NCBI GenBank assembly: GCA_964016885.1
Contig: OZ024740.1
Coordinates: 64,542,001 to 64,606,000 of the forward strand
Direction: 5' to 3'
DNA length: 64,000 bases
Source of the DNA: Eledone cirrhosa
Taxonomy: Eukaryota
Shown here: piece by piece, positions 1 to 12,814 of the stretch
Numbering within the stretch: position 1 is the first letter of the stretch
Layout of the letters: every line of letters starts with the position of its first letter
Translations under genes and position numbers: made by a program
Notes under the pieces: model-generated
What the model saw: the letters and a program-made list of their open reading frames with translations, nothing else
Databases searched by the model: none
What the model was told of the DNA's origin: nothing

Positions 1-1010
1 AATTATGTCGGATAATAGGGGATAAAGTACCACCCTGGTAAAGCAGATAAAAAAACAACGGACAGTGCATATATGTAAATCAAGGAAACCAAAAAAGAAT
101 AAACAGGAAGATGCAATAACATGAAGTTGTACTAGTTTCACACTTGGAGAAGGAAGAGTGAGTTACATAGACAATGTATTGGGCAATTGCACTTCATCAG
201 CAAAAGCAGAAAAGCAAAAGTGCAAAGAAAAAAAAATTCTTTTAAATAAAATTAGAAAGAGAATAAAACATTAAAAAGGAAAGGGTGGTGAGGGCAGCAG
301 TATTAGGCGGTAGAGGCGTCCAGAGTTAGGGGTGCACACATGCAGTTGGTGGTTTAATGTAGCAGGGGTGCATATTACGATGCGTGTTTGCGTGTTTGGT
401 GTTAAGTGTGTTTTGGTGGAAGTGTGTATGTGTGAATGAGTGTACACATGCCTCCCCTGTACGCGTACAAAAACACACACACATATATATGTGTACACAC
501 GGACACATGCGTGTCCCTGTGCGCTCACTCGAGCATGTGTGTGCGCATGTGTATGTTATTATGTGAGGGAGAATATCGGGGTGACGGAGACGGTGCTGTA
601 CATATGGTGTTGCTGTGACGGTGGTTGCATTGGTGGCGTTCATGGTGAGTGTATGTATATGCTGTGTGGTTGTGGTACCGGTAGTGCTGGTGATGCGTGC
701 ATGCATATAGATACATGCATATAGATACACGCAGACATGTGTGGCGGGATGGAGTTAGTGGTGTTAATGAGAAAGTTGTTGGGGTTACTGAGTATTAGTA
801 GTATTGGCTGGCCATGTGTGGACGGGGTCACTTGTACGAGCAAATAGTTGTCAATATGCGTGTGTGTGTGTGTGTGTATACATGTTTATGTGCCGCCGCC
901 AAGGTGTTTAGGGCATCCATGTACAGATGTATGTGGGGGGCATGGTGGAAGCTTTCTTGTGTTGTTGGATATGGCACGCACATAGATGCCCAAGCAAACA
1001 CATAGTTGAA
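1..1010 (-). mobile_element. Probable PLE pseudo-LTR/3' UTR remnant (low-complexity, ends in a hammerhead motif)
   Basis: Strand-asymmetric TG/CA-rich tract leading on the minus strand to an HHR-like motif at 126-203; same layout as the other pLTRs here. Confidence 0.4.
126..203 (-). ncRNA. Degenerate type-I hammerhead ribozyme motif
   Basis: Minus strand: ttg-CTGATGA-(~50 nt)-GAAA-ctag-TA-caa; palindromic stem III, weak stem II. Confidence 0.5.
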
Positions 1011-1584
1011 TAAATCATTAAATCAGCCAGCTCAAAAACAAAAGGTAAAAGAATGGAATTAAACAACTATAAAATATGATGAAGTAATAAATAAAATACC
1101 GTAGGAAAAAGAGAATTATGTGAATAATGTAAAAAAGTAATAATCGCATAGTATATACATAAATTACTGAATGATGCATTGTGATAAAACAATACACTGT
1201 ACTAATATATTAATGACATACATCTTTAGGTTTAGAAGTATACTATTGGGAAAAAGTCAGTTGTATGTTTAATACTGTGTCCAGTATTTCGTTTGCGCTT
1301 TATTTAATTTAACGATAAGCCTATTATTACAAGTAACACATTGGCATTTTATTTTATTTTATTTATTTCACGAATGTTTTCAGGTACCTTACTTTATTTC
1401 AAAGTCGCTAAGCGTATTGTATTTCACTATTGAGGTCTATATATTTATATATAAATTTCGTACCAATGAATTTCGGGTTTAACATCAAAAGTAAAAAATA
1501 ATTCAGAAATTGGGTAATACGTTCAAATCCTGACCTCTGTTAAGTTGGATGAATTATATTATGGTTTTTCAATATTTTTTGATA

Positions 1585-2092
1585 TGAGCGGCAAACAATG
1601 CAGAGGCGTTAGAATGTCAGATAGAATGCTTTGCGGTATTCCTTCTGGATCTTTGCGCTCCCTGAGTTCAACTCCCATCGAGACACATTTTGCCTCTCAT
1701 CCTAATAATTTGTTCTACTTTTTGGCACAAGGCCAGCAATTATCCCAGTGCATCACTGGTGCTTTATTTTATCGACTCCGTAAGGATGAAAGGCAAAGTT
1801 AACCTCGGTGGCATTTGAATTCAGAACGTAAAGGGCCGTAACTCAATGCTGAAAAGCATGGCGTCCAACCCTCTACCGATACTGCCGATCCACATCATCC
1901 TAATAATAGCTTCTACTTTTGGCACAAGGCCAGCAATTATTCCAGTGTATTACTGGTTCTTTATTTTATCGACCCCGTAAGGATGAAAGGCAAAGTTAAC
2001 CTCGGCGGGATTTGAACTCACAATGGAAAGAGCCGTAACTTTATGTGTCAAAGCATGGCGTCCAACCCTCTACCGATACTGCCAATCCACCC
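1585..2092. mobile_element. Cluster of tRNA-derived SINE copies (one + fragment, two tandem - copies)
   Basis: Share gttaactttgcctttcatcct...gtcgataaaataaagtaccagt...ggccttgtgccaaaag and a B-box-like gagttcaaat with copies at 31653, 38165 and 48524. Confidence 0.8.
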
Positions 2093-3639
2093 TAATAATG
2101 TCGATAACAAAGCTACCAGTTGATTCTCTATATATATCTCATCTTGCTAACCCTGCTCTCCGGAAGAAATTGATTTTGTTCAGACCTCCAGGAGGACATT
2201 TTTAGTTAAAACCTGTTAAAGGCATTCTAATTCTGGACATTCCCTTTAGCAGAATAGATTACGCAACAGTTTATGGGATGTTATACATGATATAATAAAA
2301 CAATGTCAGGTTAAATTTGTAAAATCAATTTGAATTTTGGATGTTTAAATAAAATAAATCTACACAAGAAATATAAAATTGTACTCGTAACGTAACTCTC
2401 GGGGATATTCCGCGTGACACATTATGCGACTGGCCTTTAAAATTACGGGTACAATATATTTTTGCCAGTTAACTGGATTGGACCAACGAGATATAAAGTG
2501 TCATGTTCAAGGATACAACAAGCATACGATCATAAGCATCGCGTCGTCACACAGAACCTTTAAATTTCGCCGAAGTAAACATAAATATAATTCACTAAGG
2601 CGTTGTATTTTGTTAAATTAAAGCTAGTGAATAATGTACAATATGGAAGCGGTATAAAGCTTTACGTAAGCACACACCACACATCGACAAAAAAGAGAGA
2701 GAAAGAGAGAGATAGAGAGTAGAGAGCCGTAAAATGAAGGAGATAAAGTGGAGAGACGGAGGAAGAAAGGGGGAGGTAGAAGAAGTAAGAGTAGATGTGT
2801 CAATTTAGATATGTAAGCATTCAATTTAAACACATTTGTAATCTAATATGTCACCCATTATATATACATTTGACTGTGTATATAAGTGTAAGATTACATT
2901 AAATATGCGGAAACAAGTAGCTAAGATTGCAATACAACCTGAAAACCACTGGCGGTAATCGAATCATAATATTTTGTGAGATGCATGTTTGTTCAGTAAA
3001 CAATTGCAGAGTGTTCTGTTTACTTTCAGTGGGATCACTGTTAGCTTTAGACCTCGAATAGTTCTTTAAATATGTATACAAATCTTTCAATATGTCTAAT
3101 ATTACGCTTCTCAGCTTCTGGTAAATATATACATATAAGTTGGTTTCAACAAAATTTCTCTTTAAATTGCTTTTATTGAATACCGGCCGTTACGTACGTA
3201 TCACTGTTGATTGGTTCGTGATTTATATCGATGTAACAGACATGACTTCAACATTGATCTGTTCGTCAGTCGTGAGGATTCGAATAAAAACAATTTACAA
3301 CTCAAGGGCATCCAACATCTTCTCAATATATATTCATACAGGCGTTTCCTCTTTACTTTATGTTTTATTTGTTTTGCAAGACATTTGATGTGAAATCATG
3401 CGGTGAAACAGATATTTTTATCGATTGGGAGGTCAGGCTGCCAATAAGAGTAAAAGAATAGTCGTTGAGGATGTGTGACGAAAGAGCTTTCACAATTAAT
3501 ACGAACATTAACGCTTAAGCAGGTAATCGGTTACTGAACTGTCCGATAAATGTATTAGTTATTTAACAAATGATCAACTAAAGGGTTACTGCGGTGCTGT
3601 CTGATGTGATAATTGGCAGTATGACACACGCAAAGTATA

Positions 3640-3777
<138 letters not shown>

Positions 3778-3848
3778 AGTATGTATACCATATAAAATAT
3801 GTGTGTTTTGAACAATGAAAAAATTTCAGATGTAATTTGTTAAGAGTA

Positions 3849-3991
3849 CTTCATTGTCATACGATCGTTTTAGAGGGCTGATTGATCATGGTAGATGGAA
3901 TGATCAAGCACCAGGTTGTTGCTACGTCATCCTCTATCTTTAGTGCCGATATTCGAAATCAATCACTTCGTCTTCTTCAAAAAGAATGAAG
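3849..3991 (-). ncRNA. Decayed hammerhead motif
   Basis: cttcattcttt-TTGAAGA-...-aAAA-cgatcg-TA-tgacaatgaag; the G of GAAA is lost. Confidence 0.45.
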
Positions 3992-3994
3992 TGG

Positions 3995-4032
<38 letters not shown>

Positions 4033-4101
4033 TATGAAGAGAGAAGAAACATTTAGATATAATTAGTAATAAAATGTATCATACCTAAACTGCTCCTAAA
4101 T

Positions 4102-4191
4102 TCCTCGACTACGTAGTTTCGTGGCATAAACAAAAACAATATATCATAAAGATATAGAGTCCTTGCGAGGTCTGCCGACTTATCAAGAGGA
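4102..4191 (-). ncRNA. Hammerhead ribozyme (U3-A8 variant), copy 1
   Basis: Reverse complement of 5029-5118. Confidence 0.75.
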
Positions 4192-4696
4192 TACCTCATT
4201 TTACTAGTCTCAAGAACGCGTCTACACGACGTGAGAAAGAATCCCAAAAGGCGGAGGGGGAGATAGTCACGCGATATAACGGTCGAGAAACAGAGCTAAG
4301 CCTCTTATAACCCCGAAGAAAATACCACGGAGGCGGAGGGGGTATTTATATCGAGGCCGTAGAAGAGGTGGTGAAGAAGGCGAGAAGTATGAGGAATGGA
4401 AGCTTTCCAGCTGTCCCCACACCTCAAAGATTGCTCGACCAGAGGGAGTTATTAACAATATATTTAGAAACACACAGATACATGCGGACACACACATATA
4501 TACATGAATGCATCCGCACCCAACTGTGAGTTAAGGGTGCCAACTTCACCGATGTTGCTCAATGAATGACTGGGACAGCCCAATTCAGTTGAACTAGACT
4601 GAACCAGTATCAGAGTTAAAAATACATTATGAAGAGAGAAGAAACATTTAGATATAATTAGTAATAAAATGTATCATACCTAAACTGCTCCTAAAT

Positions 4697-4786
4697 TCCT
4701 CGACTACGTAGTTTCGTGGCATAAACAAAAACAATATATCATAAAGATATAGAGTCCTTGCGAGGTCTGCCGACTTATCAAGAGGA
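4697..4786 (-). ncRNA. Hammerhead ribozyme (U3-A8 variant), copy 2
   Basis: Reverse complement of 5029-5118. Confidence 0.75.
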
Positions 4787-5028
4787 TACCTCATTTTACT
4801 AGTCTCAAGAACGCGTCTACACGACGTGAGAAAGAATCCCAAAAGGCGGAGGGGGAGATAGTCACGCGATATAACGGTCGAGAAACAGAGCTAAGCCTCT
4901 TATAACCCCGAAGAAAATACCACGGAGGCGGAGGGGGTATTTATATCGCGTGACTATCTCCCCCTCCGCCTTTTGGGATTCTTTCTCACGTCGTGTAGAC
5001 GCGTTCTTGAGACTAGTAAAATGAGGTA

Positions 5029-5118
5029 TCCTCTTGATAAGTCGGCAGACCTCGCAAGGACTCTATATCTTTATGATATATTGTTTTTGTTTATGCCACG
5101 AAACTACGTAGTCGAGGA
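5029..5118 (+). ncRNA. Hammerhead ribozyme (U3-A8 variant), copy 3
   Basis: tcctc-TTGATAA-gtcggca..tgccac-GAAA-ctacgtag-TC-gagga: stem I tcctc/gagga, palindromic stem III, GUC cleavage triplet. Confidence 0.8.
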
Positions 5119-5359
5119 ATTTAGGAGCAGTTTAGGTATGATACATTTTATTACTAATTATATCTAAATGTTTCTTCTCTCTTCATAATGTATTTTTAAC
5201 TCTGATACTGGTTCAGTCTAGTTCAACTGAATTGGGCTGTCCCAGTCATTCATTGAGCAACATCGGTGAAGTTGGCACCCTTAACTCACAGTTGGGTGCG
5301 GATGCATTCATGTATATATGTGTGTGTCCGCATGTATCTGTGTGTTTCTAAATATATTG

Positions 5360-5461
<102 letters not shown>

Positions 5462-6226
5462 GGAAGTATGTGTGTGTGCTTGTATTTGAAAGTGTGTTTA
5501 TGTAAATATGGGTATGCATAGTTGGGTTTATATTGTGTCAATGTTATATCTATGTACATGCTTAGATATCGAGTAACGCATCTATACATTTATTATCATT
5601 TTTCTCATAAATATTTTATTATAGCCTTTCTCGTTTGTCCTTCCTTTATTTCTCTTTGTTTTTGTTTTTCCTTTTTTTCTCCCTTTTTCCTTTCTTGCAT
5701 TATTCCGTTTTTTTTTTCTTTTTTCCGTTTCTTTTTCTTTTTCTTTACTTTATCCTATTTGCATCGGTTCTCTTCCGTGTTTTCTTAAGTATGCATACAT
5801 CTGTCCTATCACATACTTGTCAGTATACAAGTATATGTGTAGCTGTGCCTGTGTATATGTGAGACTATATATGCTTCGCTATATCCGAGTGTAAGACTGT
5901 AGCCATTCCCAGTTCAACCCCATACCAGTCCATCAACGCATAAATGTGTGAGTGTGTATGTGTGTCCGTCTAGGCATGACGAAATAAATGTTTGATCACC
6001 CTAAACGCTTCACTAACAACCTACTAAATTTGATAAAATAAATTTCTATCGGATTTGACTGTAGCACAATAAAGTAAAATCATTATCTTGCTAATAGGCC
6101 CAGCTTCCTTATCTTTTCTTTCCCACACAAACCTCATCAATACACTTTGCTCTCTCCAACCCTAGCCGCAGTGAACAGATATTTTTTCTTGACTCCTTAT
6201 AGAAAGATTTATTTTAAATCGTGTTT

Positions 6227-6366
6227 CATTGTTTCTGAGGAAGACGGAGTGATTGGTCTTGAATAACACCAAAGAAAAAAAATATGTGACGAAGTAACCA
6301 CTACTTTGTGCTCGATCATTAGATTTGCTATGATCAATCAGCCTGTTCAAACGATCGTAAAACAAT
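6227..6366 (+). ncRNA. Decayed hammerhead motif
   Basis: attgttt-CTGAGGA-(long stem II)-cAAA-cgatcg-TA-aaacaat; the G of GAAA is lost. Confidence 0.5.
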
Positions 6367-6682
6367 AACGTACTCTTAACAACCTACATCTGACTTTTGT
6401 TTTATCTTCATTGTTCAAAATACACATTTTAATGAGTCTGCAGCATGTGTACATTCTTCTTAGATACCCTATGCGACCAGTGCCGACCACAAAGCATTAC
6501 GTTGCCTTGAAAGCATTACGTTGATGAATCTACCACTACAACGCTGCATCGAGTTCTATCAAAATGATCAGCCTCACCTTAAATAGGTTTATACCAGTTG
6601 TATATATATATGCAGTCCAGAATTAGCCGTCGAAACGGCTTGAGCTCAGCCGTCGGGGCCTTACTTGTTCCTATATATATAT

Positions 6683-6715
<33 letters not shown>

Positions 6716-6731
6716 ATAAACAATACAATAT

Positions 6732-6809
6732 AATTACCTCATTACCAGAGGTTTCCCGAATAAGACGAATACGAAAAACGTCCTCATTCGTTCGTCGGAC
6801 AAGGCAATT
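6732..6809 (-). ncRNA. Hammerhead ribozyme (inverted copy)
   Basis: Reverse complement of 8958-9035. Confidence 0.75.
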
Positions 6810-7229
6810 TAAAACATAGTGAAATATTTGAAAAGTCTCCTCAAGAAATGCAAGAGTTTAACGGGCAAAATATATATAAATAAAAGTAATGCAAGAGATA
6901 TATAAAAAAATGAGGAAATATAGTTAGGGTATGTGTATATGTATGTATATACACTCACAAATGTACATATGTGTGTACGTACAAATGCATGTGTATGGTG
7001 AAAATGTGTGCGTAAGTACATATATGAGGGCAAGTATATTTGTGTATATGTGACCACAAATACGTATATAATATGAGTTGAAAAAGAAATTGTAAGATAA
7101 TATAGTTAACACGCATCCAGATACAGGTATTAAATACACATACGAGTATGAAAGCACGCGTATAAACACACACAATATATCATCAATAAGAAATCACACA
7201 CAATATATCATCAATAAGAAATCACTCAG

Positions 7230-7718
7230 AGAACATCAAAATTGCTCCTGTAGAGTCAAAAGTGAATGCCTATTACAAGGTAAATGCAACACCAAAGCCA
7301 TTGTATATGCGGCTAAAATGACAACCATCAGCAACAACCAACCAGCCACCAGCGAACGATATGTGGGTATGACACAAGACAAATTCAAAACGTGTTATTA
7401 CTCAGATGTCGCATCTTTCCGACATCCAGAAAAAGATTCACATCAGCTCTGGCTAGCAGAATGTGGGATTTGAAAGACCAAGGTATCCAATATAAATTGG
7501 ATTGGTCAATTTTGAACCAATCTAAAGAATATGCAAGAGGAACAAGAAGATGCACACTCTGCATAAGTGAAAAATATTGGATATTACAGAACCTTAAATC
7601 ACCAAAAACCTGCCTAAATACAAAAACAGAAATTTTCACCAGTAGCCCACACATGAAATCACACTTGCTTTCCAGCTCATATAAACTTAACTCACTTTCA
7701 GATACTTATCCTCCATAA
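7230..7718 (+). pseudogene. Frameshifted GIY-YIG endonuclease of a PLE
   Basis: Reads NCSCRVKSECLLQGKC..IVY..YVGMT..FK, then after a frameshift SALASRMW..WSIL..CTLCISEK..LNTKTEI; homologous to the 10909 ORF. Confidence 0.85.
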
Positions 7719-8957
7719 ACTCTTATTCTTCACATTCCTTAAATTATCCTCTTTACAGACTTCTCTTTCTGATTTACTTTCATTTGTAACTTTATTTTTA
7801 ATTTTATTTTTATTTTTACTTCACATCCACCAGTAACCCCGCCCCCCTACTTTTCGATTCACTTACCTAATATCTTCACATTCCACATTTTACTTCACCA
7901 TTTTCTTTCACTACTTGATATCACAGTCACTTGCGTTTTCCACTCCAGATATATTCTGTTGTTTCGCAGCCGATTTTATATTTGTACTCATTTATTCATA
8001 CGGCTGGTTTATAATATGTATCTATGTGTGTGAGTGTGCTTATGTGTGTATACGTTCTGTATATGTATACGAACGCCTCCGTTTGTGTGCGTGCGTACGT
8101 ATATATATATGTGTGTTTTTATATCTATGTTTTTTTATATCTATGTTTTTTACATAGATATTTATACGTGTGTGTGTATGCGGGTGAATGTATGTGTATG
8201 TATATGTGTGTATATGTATATGTATGTATGGGTGTGTATGTATATATGTATATATATATATATATAGTCGCGTACGTACGTGTGATTAGATATACATGTG
8301 GCGATATATATATATATATGTATACGTGCCTAGTGTGTATGTATGTACGCATGCATGCGCTTTTGTCTGTACGTATTTGTGTGTATAAATATTTTATATA
8401 TATATATGTGTGTGTACGTGCGAACCTATGTTTGTTTTCTTTTCTCTAGTGTTAATTGATTACTTTTTCTTTGATTTAAACATTTTTTTCATTCTCATAT
8501 ATTGTTTCATTCTTATACATATATCGAGATTGACACTTCTTTTTATAATTACACTCCCTTCCCTCTTTATTTTCCGCATATAAGTGACCGTGCGTGTGTG
8601 TTTATACGCGTGCTTTCATACTCGTATGTGTATTTAATACCTGTATCTGGATGCGTGTTAACTATATTATCTTACAATTTCTTTTTCAACTAATATTATG
8701 TACGTATTTGTGGTCACATATACACAAATATACTTGCCCTCATATATGTACTTACGCACACATTTTCACCATACACATGCATTTGTACGTACACACATAT
8801 GTACATTTGTGAGTGTATATACATACATATACACATACCCTAACTATATTTCCTCATTTTTTTATATATCTCTTGCATTACTTTTATTTATATATTTTTT
8901 GCCCGTTAAACTCTTGCATTTCTTGAGGAGACCTTTCAAATATTTCACTATGTTTTA

Positions 8958-9035
8958 AATTGCCTTGTCCGACGAACGAATGAGGACGTTTTTCGTATTC
9001 GTCTTATTCGGGAAACCTCTGGTAATGAGGTAATT
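8958..9035 (+). ncRNA. Hammerhead ribozyme (U4C variant)
   Basis: aattgccttgt-CCGACGA-acgaatgaggacg..cgtcttattcgg-GAAA-cctctgg-TA-atgaggtaatt: 11-bp stem I (with GU pairs) and a long stem II. Confidence 0.8.
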
Positions 9036-9134
9036 ATATTGTATTGTTTATTATACATAAAATTTTGCTCTGGTACTTACATAGAGCACTCTTCACTCCT
9101 ATGACTTTTTCAATTTTCAACGGAAACCTCAATT

Positions 9135-9183
<49 letters not shown>

Positions 9184-9231
9184 TAATAAAATAATGAATA
9201 AACAAAGAAACAGTACCTTATATTAAAAAAT

Positions 9232-9374
9232 TCATCATTTTACGATCGTTTCTAGGATATATATGTGTTAGAGTTGGTATGCATATTCTATAGATCTATG
9301 TACAATATTTATACAAACTATCAGAGGGAATATACATACCTACACATATATATGCTGTCTTCAGAAAATAATGA
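9232..9374 (-). ncRNA. Hammerhead ribozyme (inverted copy)
   Basis: Reverse complement of 12673-12814. Confidence 0.7.
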
Positions 9375-10342
9375 TATTTGTTTATTGAAAAAAAACAAAG
9401 ATTCAATACAATAGGTCTGTTTGGGAACAGGTTTTGAATTGACCAATAGAGAGATAGTGAGGGTCAAGATAGTAATATAGTAGTAGAAGAACCTTAAATT
9501 ATGGGTAGAGGAAGGTAGATTTCAGTTTTGGATGGAAAAGAATATTATGAATGAAGGATTATTTTAGGGAAGAAATAGGTCTTATGCTGACCTCAGAAAT
9601 AATTTTATTTGTTCATTGAATAAAACCAACAAAGATTGAATATGTTCTGTCTGTTTGGTAAGAGGTTTAGAATTAACCAATAGAAAGTTAATAATTGGCC
9701 AAATGGTAAAATAGTAGTAATTGAAGCTTATTTTAGGGGTGAAAATAGGTCAGGTGGTCAGTAAAAGGTATACAAGCAGTTGCTGTTATAAAATAGTAAT
9801 GCCAATACAAATATCTAAGGTGACTAAAGTTTTACGATAAGAATGTTAGTGAAAAAAATACATCTATGAAAAGAATATAAATTAATTTAATTGATTGGTA
9901 TATTTATATTGATAAAATTACACTAATACATATAGATATGATAAATAAAAGGTAGATGCAGTTGAAAAGTGTTGTTAAAGATGAGGGGAAATTAAAAGGG
10001 GGGGGGGATTAAATTTATTAGTGAGAAATAATAATTATATATAGTTTTCAAGGAACATAGAGTCATAACCTGAAGTTAAAGCGTTATATATGTTTACTTA
10101 ATGGTATCAGTTTTAGGAAATGATAGTTGTAAGAAGGAAAGCAAAATTATGTAGTTCATCAGTAGTAGAATATTAATTATAGGTTAACTAAATTAATAAT
10201 AGTTTATGTATTAATTTCTAAAGTGTATATTAATTAGGTTTATAATATTTATAGCAGAATTATGTAATTCATCAGTAGTAGAATATTAATTATAGGTTAA
10301 CTAAATTAAAAATAGTTTATATATTAATTTCTAAAGTGTATA

Positions 10343-10834
10343 TTAATTAGGTTTATAATATTTAAAGGTTTTTCTCAGTTTATGATTACACGATATTATT
10401 AATTCCTGTCGCTTATTTAATAGGATATCCTTAGATTTCATTATTTCAAAAAGTTCTTGGGAACATAATCTACATTCATATCTACTATTTTGATAAGGGG
10501 TGGCCCTTTTGAGCACACTCCAGGTCATGTCATAATCTATATTCCTCTTTCTATAACTATTAATTATTTCAGCTAGAGATGTTGTATTAGCTAGTGTGGC
10601 ATTTTTAAAACTATGTTTGTGGGTATTAAATCTTACCTTAAATTTATTAGAGGTAGCTCCTATATATGAATAAATTGAGTCCTTAGTGTTAACTTTACAT
10701 TTATATACTATGTTATTAACAAGGCAATTTCCTTTTAATGGACAGTTTGCCTTGTTTCTACAGTTACAACTTTTCGTGAATCCTGTATCTGAGGAGATAT
10801 TATGGTTAGTTTGATGTACTGGTGGTATACTCAT
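10343..10834 (-). CDS. PLE GIY-YIG endonuclease domain (left arm)
   Basis: CNCRNKANCPLKGNC..IVYKC..YIGAT..FKVRFNTH..CRLC..E..LLNKRQE..CNH. The ORF-track extension to 10921 is junction filler. Confidence 0.85.
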   Translation of the reverse strand: MSIPPVHQTNHNISSDTGFTKSCNCRNKANCPLKGNCLVNNIVYKCKVNTKDSIYSYIGATSNKFKVRFNTHKHSFKNATLANTTSLAEIINSYRKRNIDYDMTWSVLKRATPYQNSRYECRLCSQELFEIMKSKDILLNKRQELIISCNHKLRKTFKYYKPN

Positions 10835-10908
10835 GTTTTTTTTACATTTATATGCATATATGCCTATAATGCCTATAATGCATTGAGTATACCACCAGTA
10901 CATCAAAC

Positions 10909-11400
10909 ATGAGTATACCACCAGTACATCAAACTAACCATAATATCTCCTCAGATACAGGATTCACGAAAAATTGTAACTGTAGAAACAAGGCAAACTG
11001 TCCATTAAAAGGAAATTGCCTTGTTAATAACATAGTATATAAATGTAAAGTTAACACTAAGGACTCAATTTATTCATATATAGGAGCTACCTCTAACAAA
11101 TTTAAGGTAAGATTTAATACCCACAAACATAGTTTTAAAAATGCCGCACTAGCTAATACAACATCTCTAGCTGAAATAATTAATAGTTATAGAAAGAGGA
11201 ATATAGATTATGACCTGACCTGGAGTGTGTTCAAAAGGGCCACCCCTTATCAAAATAGTAGATATGAATGTAGATTATGTTCCCAAGAACTTTTTGAAAT
11301 AATGAAATCTAAGGATATCCTATTAAATAAGCGACAGGAATTAATAATATCGTGTAATCATAAACTGAGAAAAACCTTTAAATATTATAAACCTAATTAA
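10909..11400 (+). CDS. PLE GIY-YIG endonuclease domain (right arm), 163 aa
   Basis: Same motifs; four amino-acid differences from the left arm. Confidence 0.85.
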   Translation: MSIPPVHQTNHNISSDTGFTKNCNCRNKANCPLKGNCLVNNIVYKCKVNTKDSIYSYIGATSNKFKVRFNTHKHSFKNAALANTTSLAEIINSYRKRNIDYDLTWSVFKRATPYQNSRYECRLCSQELFEIMKSKDILLNKRQELIISCNHKLRKTFKYYKPN

Positions 11401-11712
11401 TATACACTTTAGAAATTAATATATGAACTATTTTTAATTTAGTTAACCTATAATTAATATTCTACTACTGATGAACTACATAATTCTGGTTTAAATATTA
11501 TAAACCTAATTAATATACACTTTAGAAATTAATATATGAACTATTTTTAATTTAGTTAACCTATAATTAATATTCTACTACTGATGAACTACATAATTCT
11601 GCTTTAAATATTATAAACCTAATTAATATACACTTTCGAAATTAATATATAAACTATTTTTAATTTAGTTAACCTATAATTAATATTCTACTACTGATGA
11701 ACTACATAACTT
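11380..11712 (+). repeat. 113-bp tandem repeat x3 (x2 in the inverted arm at ~10145-10365)
   Basis: ctactactgatgaac recurs at 11462, 11575 and 11688. Confidence 0.9.
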
Positions 11713-11926
11713 TGCTTTCCTTCTTACAACTATCATTTCCTAAAACTGATACCATTAAGTAAACATATATAATGCTTTAACTTCAGGTTATGACTCTATG
11801 TTCCTTGAAAACTATATATAATTATTATTTCTCACTAATAAATTTAATTCCCACCCTCAATAATTATATGTATATGTAAGTGTGTATGTGTGTGTGTATA
11901 TATATATATGTATGTATATATGCATG

Positions 11927-11960
<34 letters not shown>

Positions 11961-12672
11961 TATATATATATATATATGTGTGTATATGTGTGTGTGTATG
12001 TGTATATATATGTATATATATATATATAAGTATATATATATATATAATATTTTTATATTCTTTTAATTTCCCCTCATCTTTAACAACACTTTTCAACTGA
12101 ATCTAACTTTTTTTATCATATCTATATGTATTAGTGTAATTTTATCAATATAAATATACCAATCAATTAAATTAATTTATATTCTTTTCATAGATGTATT
12201 TTTTTCACTAACGTAAAACTTTAGTCACCTTAGATATTTGTATTGGCATTACTATTTTATAACAGCAACTGCTTGTATACCTTTTACTGACCAGCGGACC
12301 TATTTTCACCCCTAAAATAAGCTTCAATTACTACTATTTTACCATTTGGCCAATTATTAACTTTCTATTGGTTAATTCTAAACCTCTTACCAAACAGACA
12401 GAATATATTAGATCTTTGTTGTTTTTTTTCAATGAACAAATAAAATTATTTCTGAGGTCAGCATAAGACCTATTTCTTCCCTAAAATAATCCTTCATTCA
12501 TAATATTCTTTTCCATCCAAACTGAAATCTACCTTCCTCTACCCATAATTTAAGGTTCTTCTACTACTATATTACTATCTTGACCCTCACTATCTCTCTA
12601 TTGGTCAATTCAAAACCTGTTCCCAAACAGACCTATTGTATTGAATCTTTGTTTTTTTTCAATAAACAAATA

Positions 12673-12814
12673 TCATTATTTCTGAAGACAGCATATATAT
12701 GTGTAGGTATGTATATTCCCTCTGATAGTTTGTATAAATATTGTACATAGATCTATAGAATATGCATACCAACTCTAACACATATATATCCTAGAAACGA
12801 TCGTAAAATGATGA
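12673..12814 (+). ncRNA. Hammerhead ribozyme with ~105-nt stem-II region
   Basis: tcattattt-CTGAAGA-..atatatatgtgt..acacatatatat..-GAAA-cgatcg-TA-aaatgatga. Confidence 0.75.

Larger units (their letters stand above)
6715..9135 (+). mobile_element. 5'-truncated Penelope-like element (Naiad-like EN) with inverted pLTR
   Basis: 6715-7175 is the reverse complement of ~8590-9055; GIY-YIG remnant at 7230-7718; HHR in both arms; (TA)n flanks. Confidence 0.85.

Noticed and set aside
271-1005. Overlapping His/Thr/Cys/Val-rich ORFs
   Set aside because: Translations of CA/TG low-complexity DNA; no domain motifs.
4053-5167. Identical 64-aa ORF in three copies
   Set aside because: Result of the repeat structure; TTG start, overlaps the HHR, no recognisable motif.
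6624-6660. GC hairpin agccgtcgaaacggct resembling a terminator or HHR part
   Set aside because: No complete hammerhead core or stem I; intrinsic terminators do not apply to this eukaryotic DNA.
11380-11712. 113-bp repeats containing CTGATGA as HHR array or CRISPR
   Set aside because: No unique spacers or cas genes; no properly placed stem II/GAAA/stem III.
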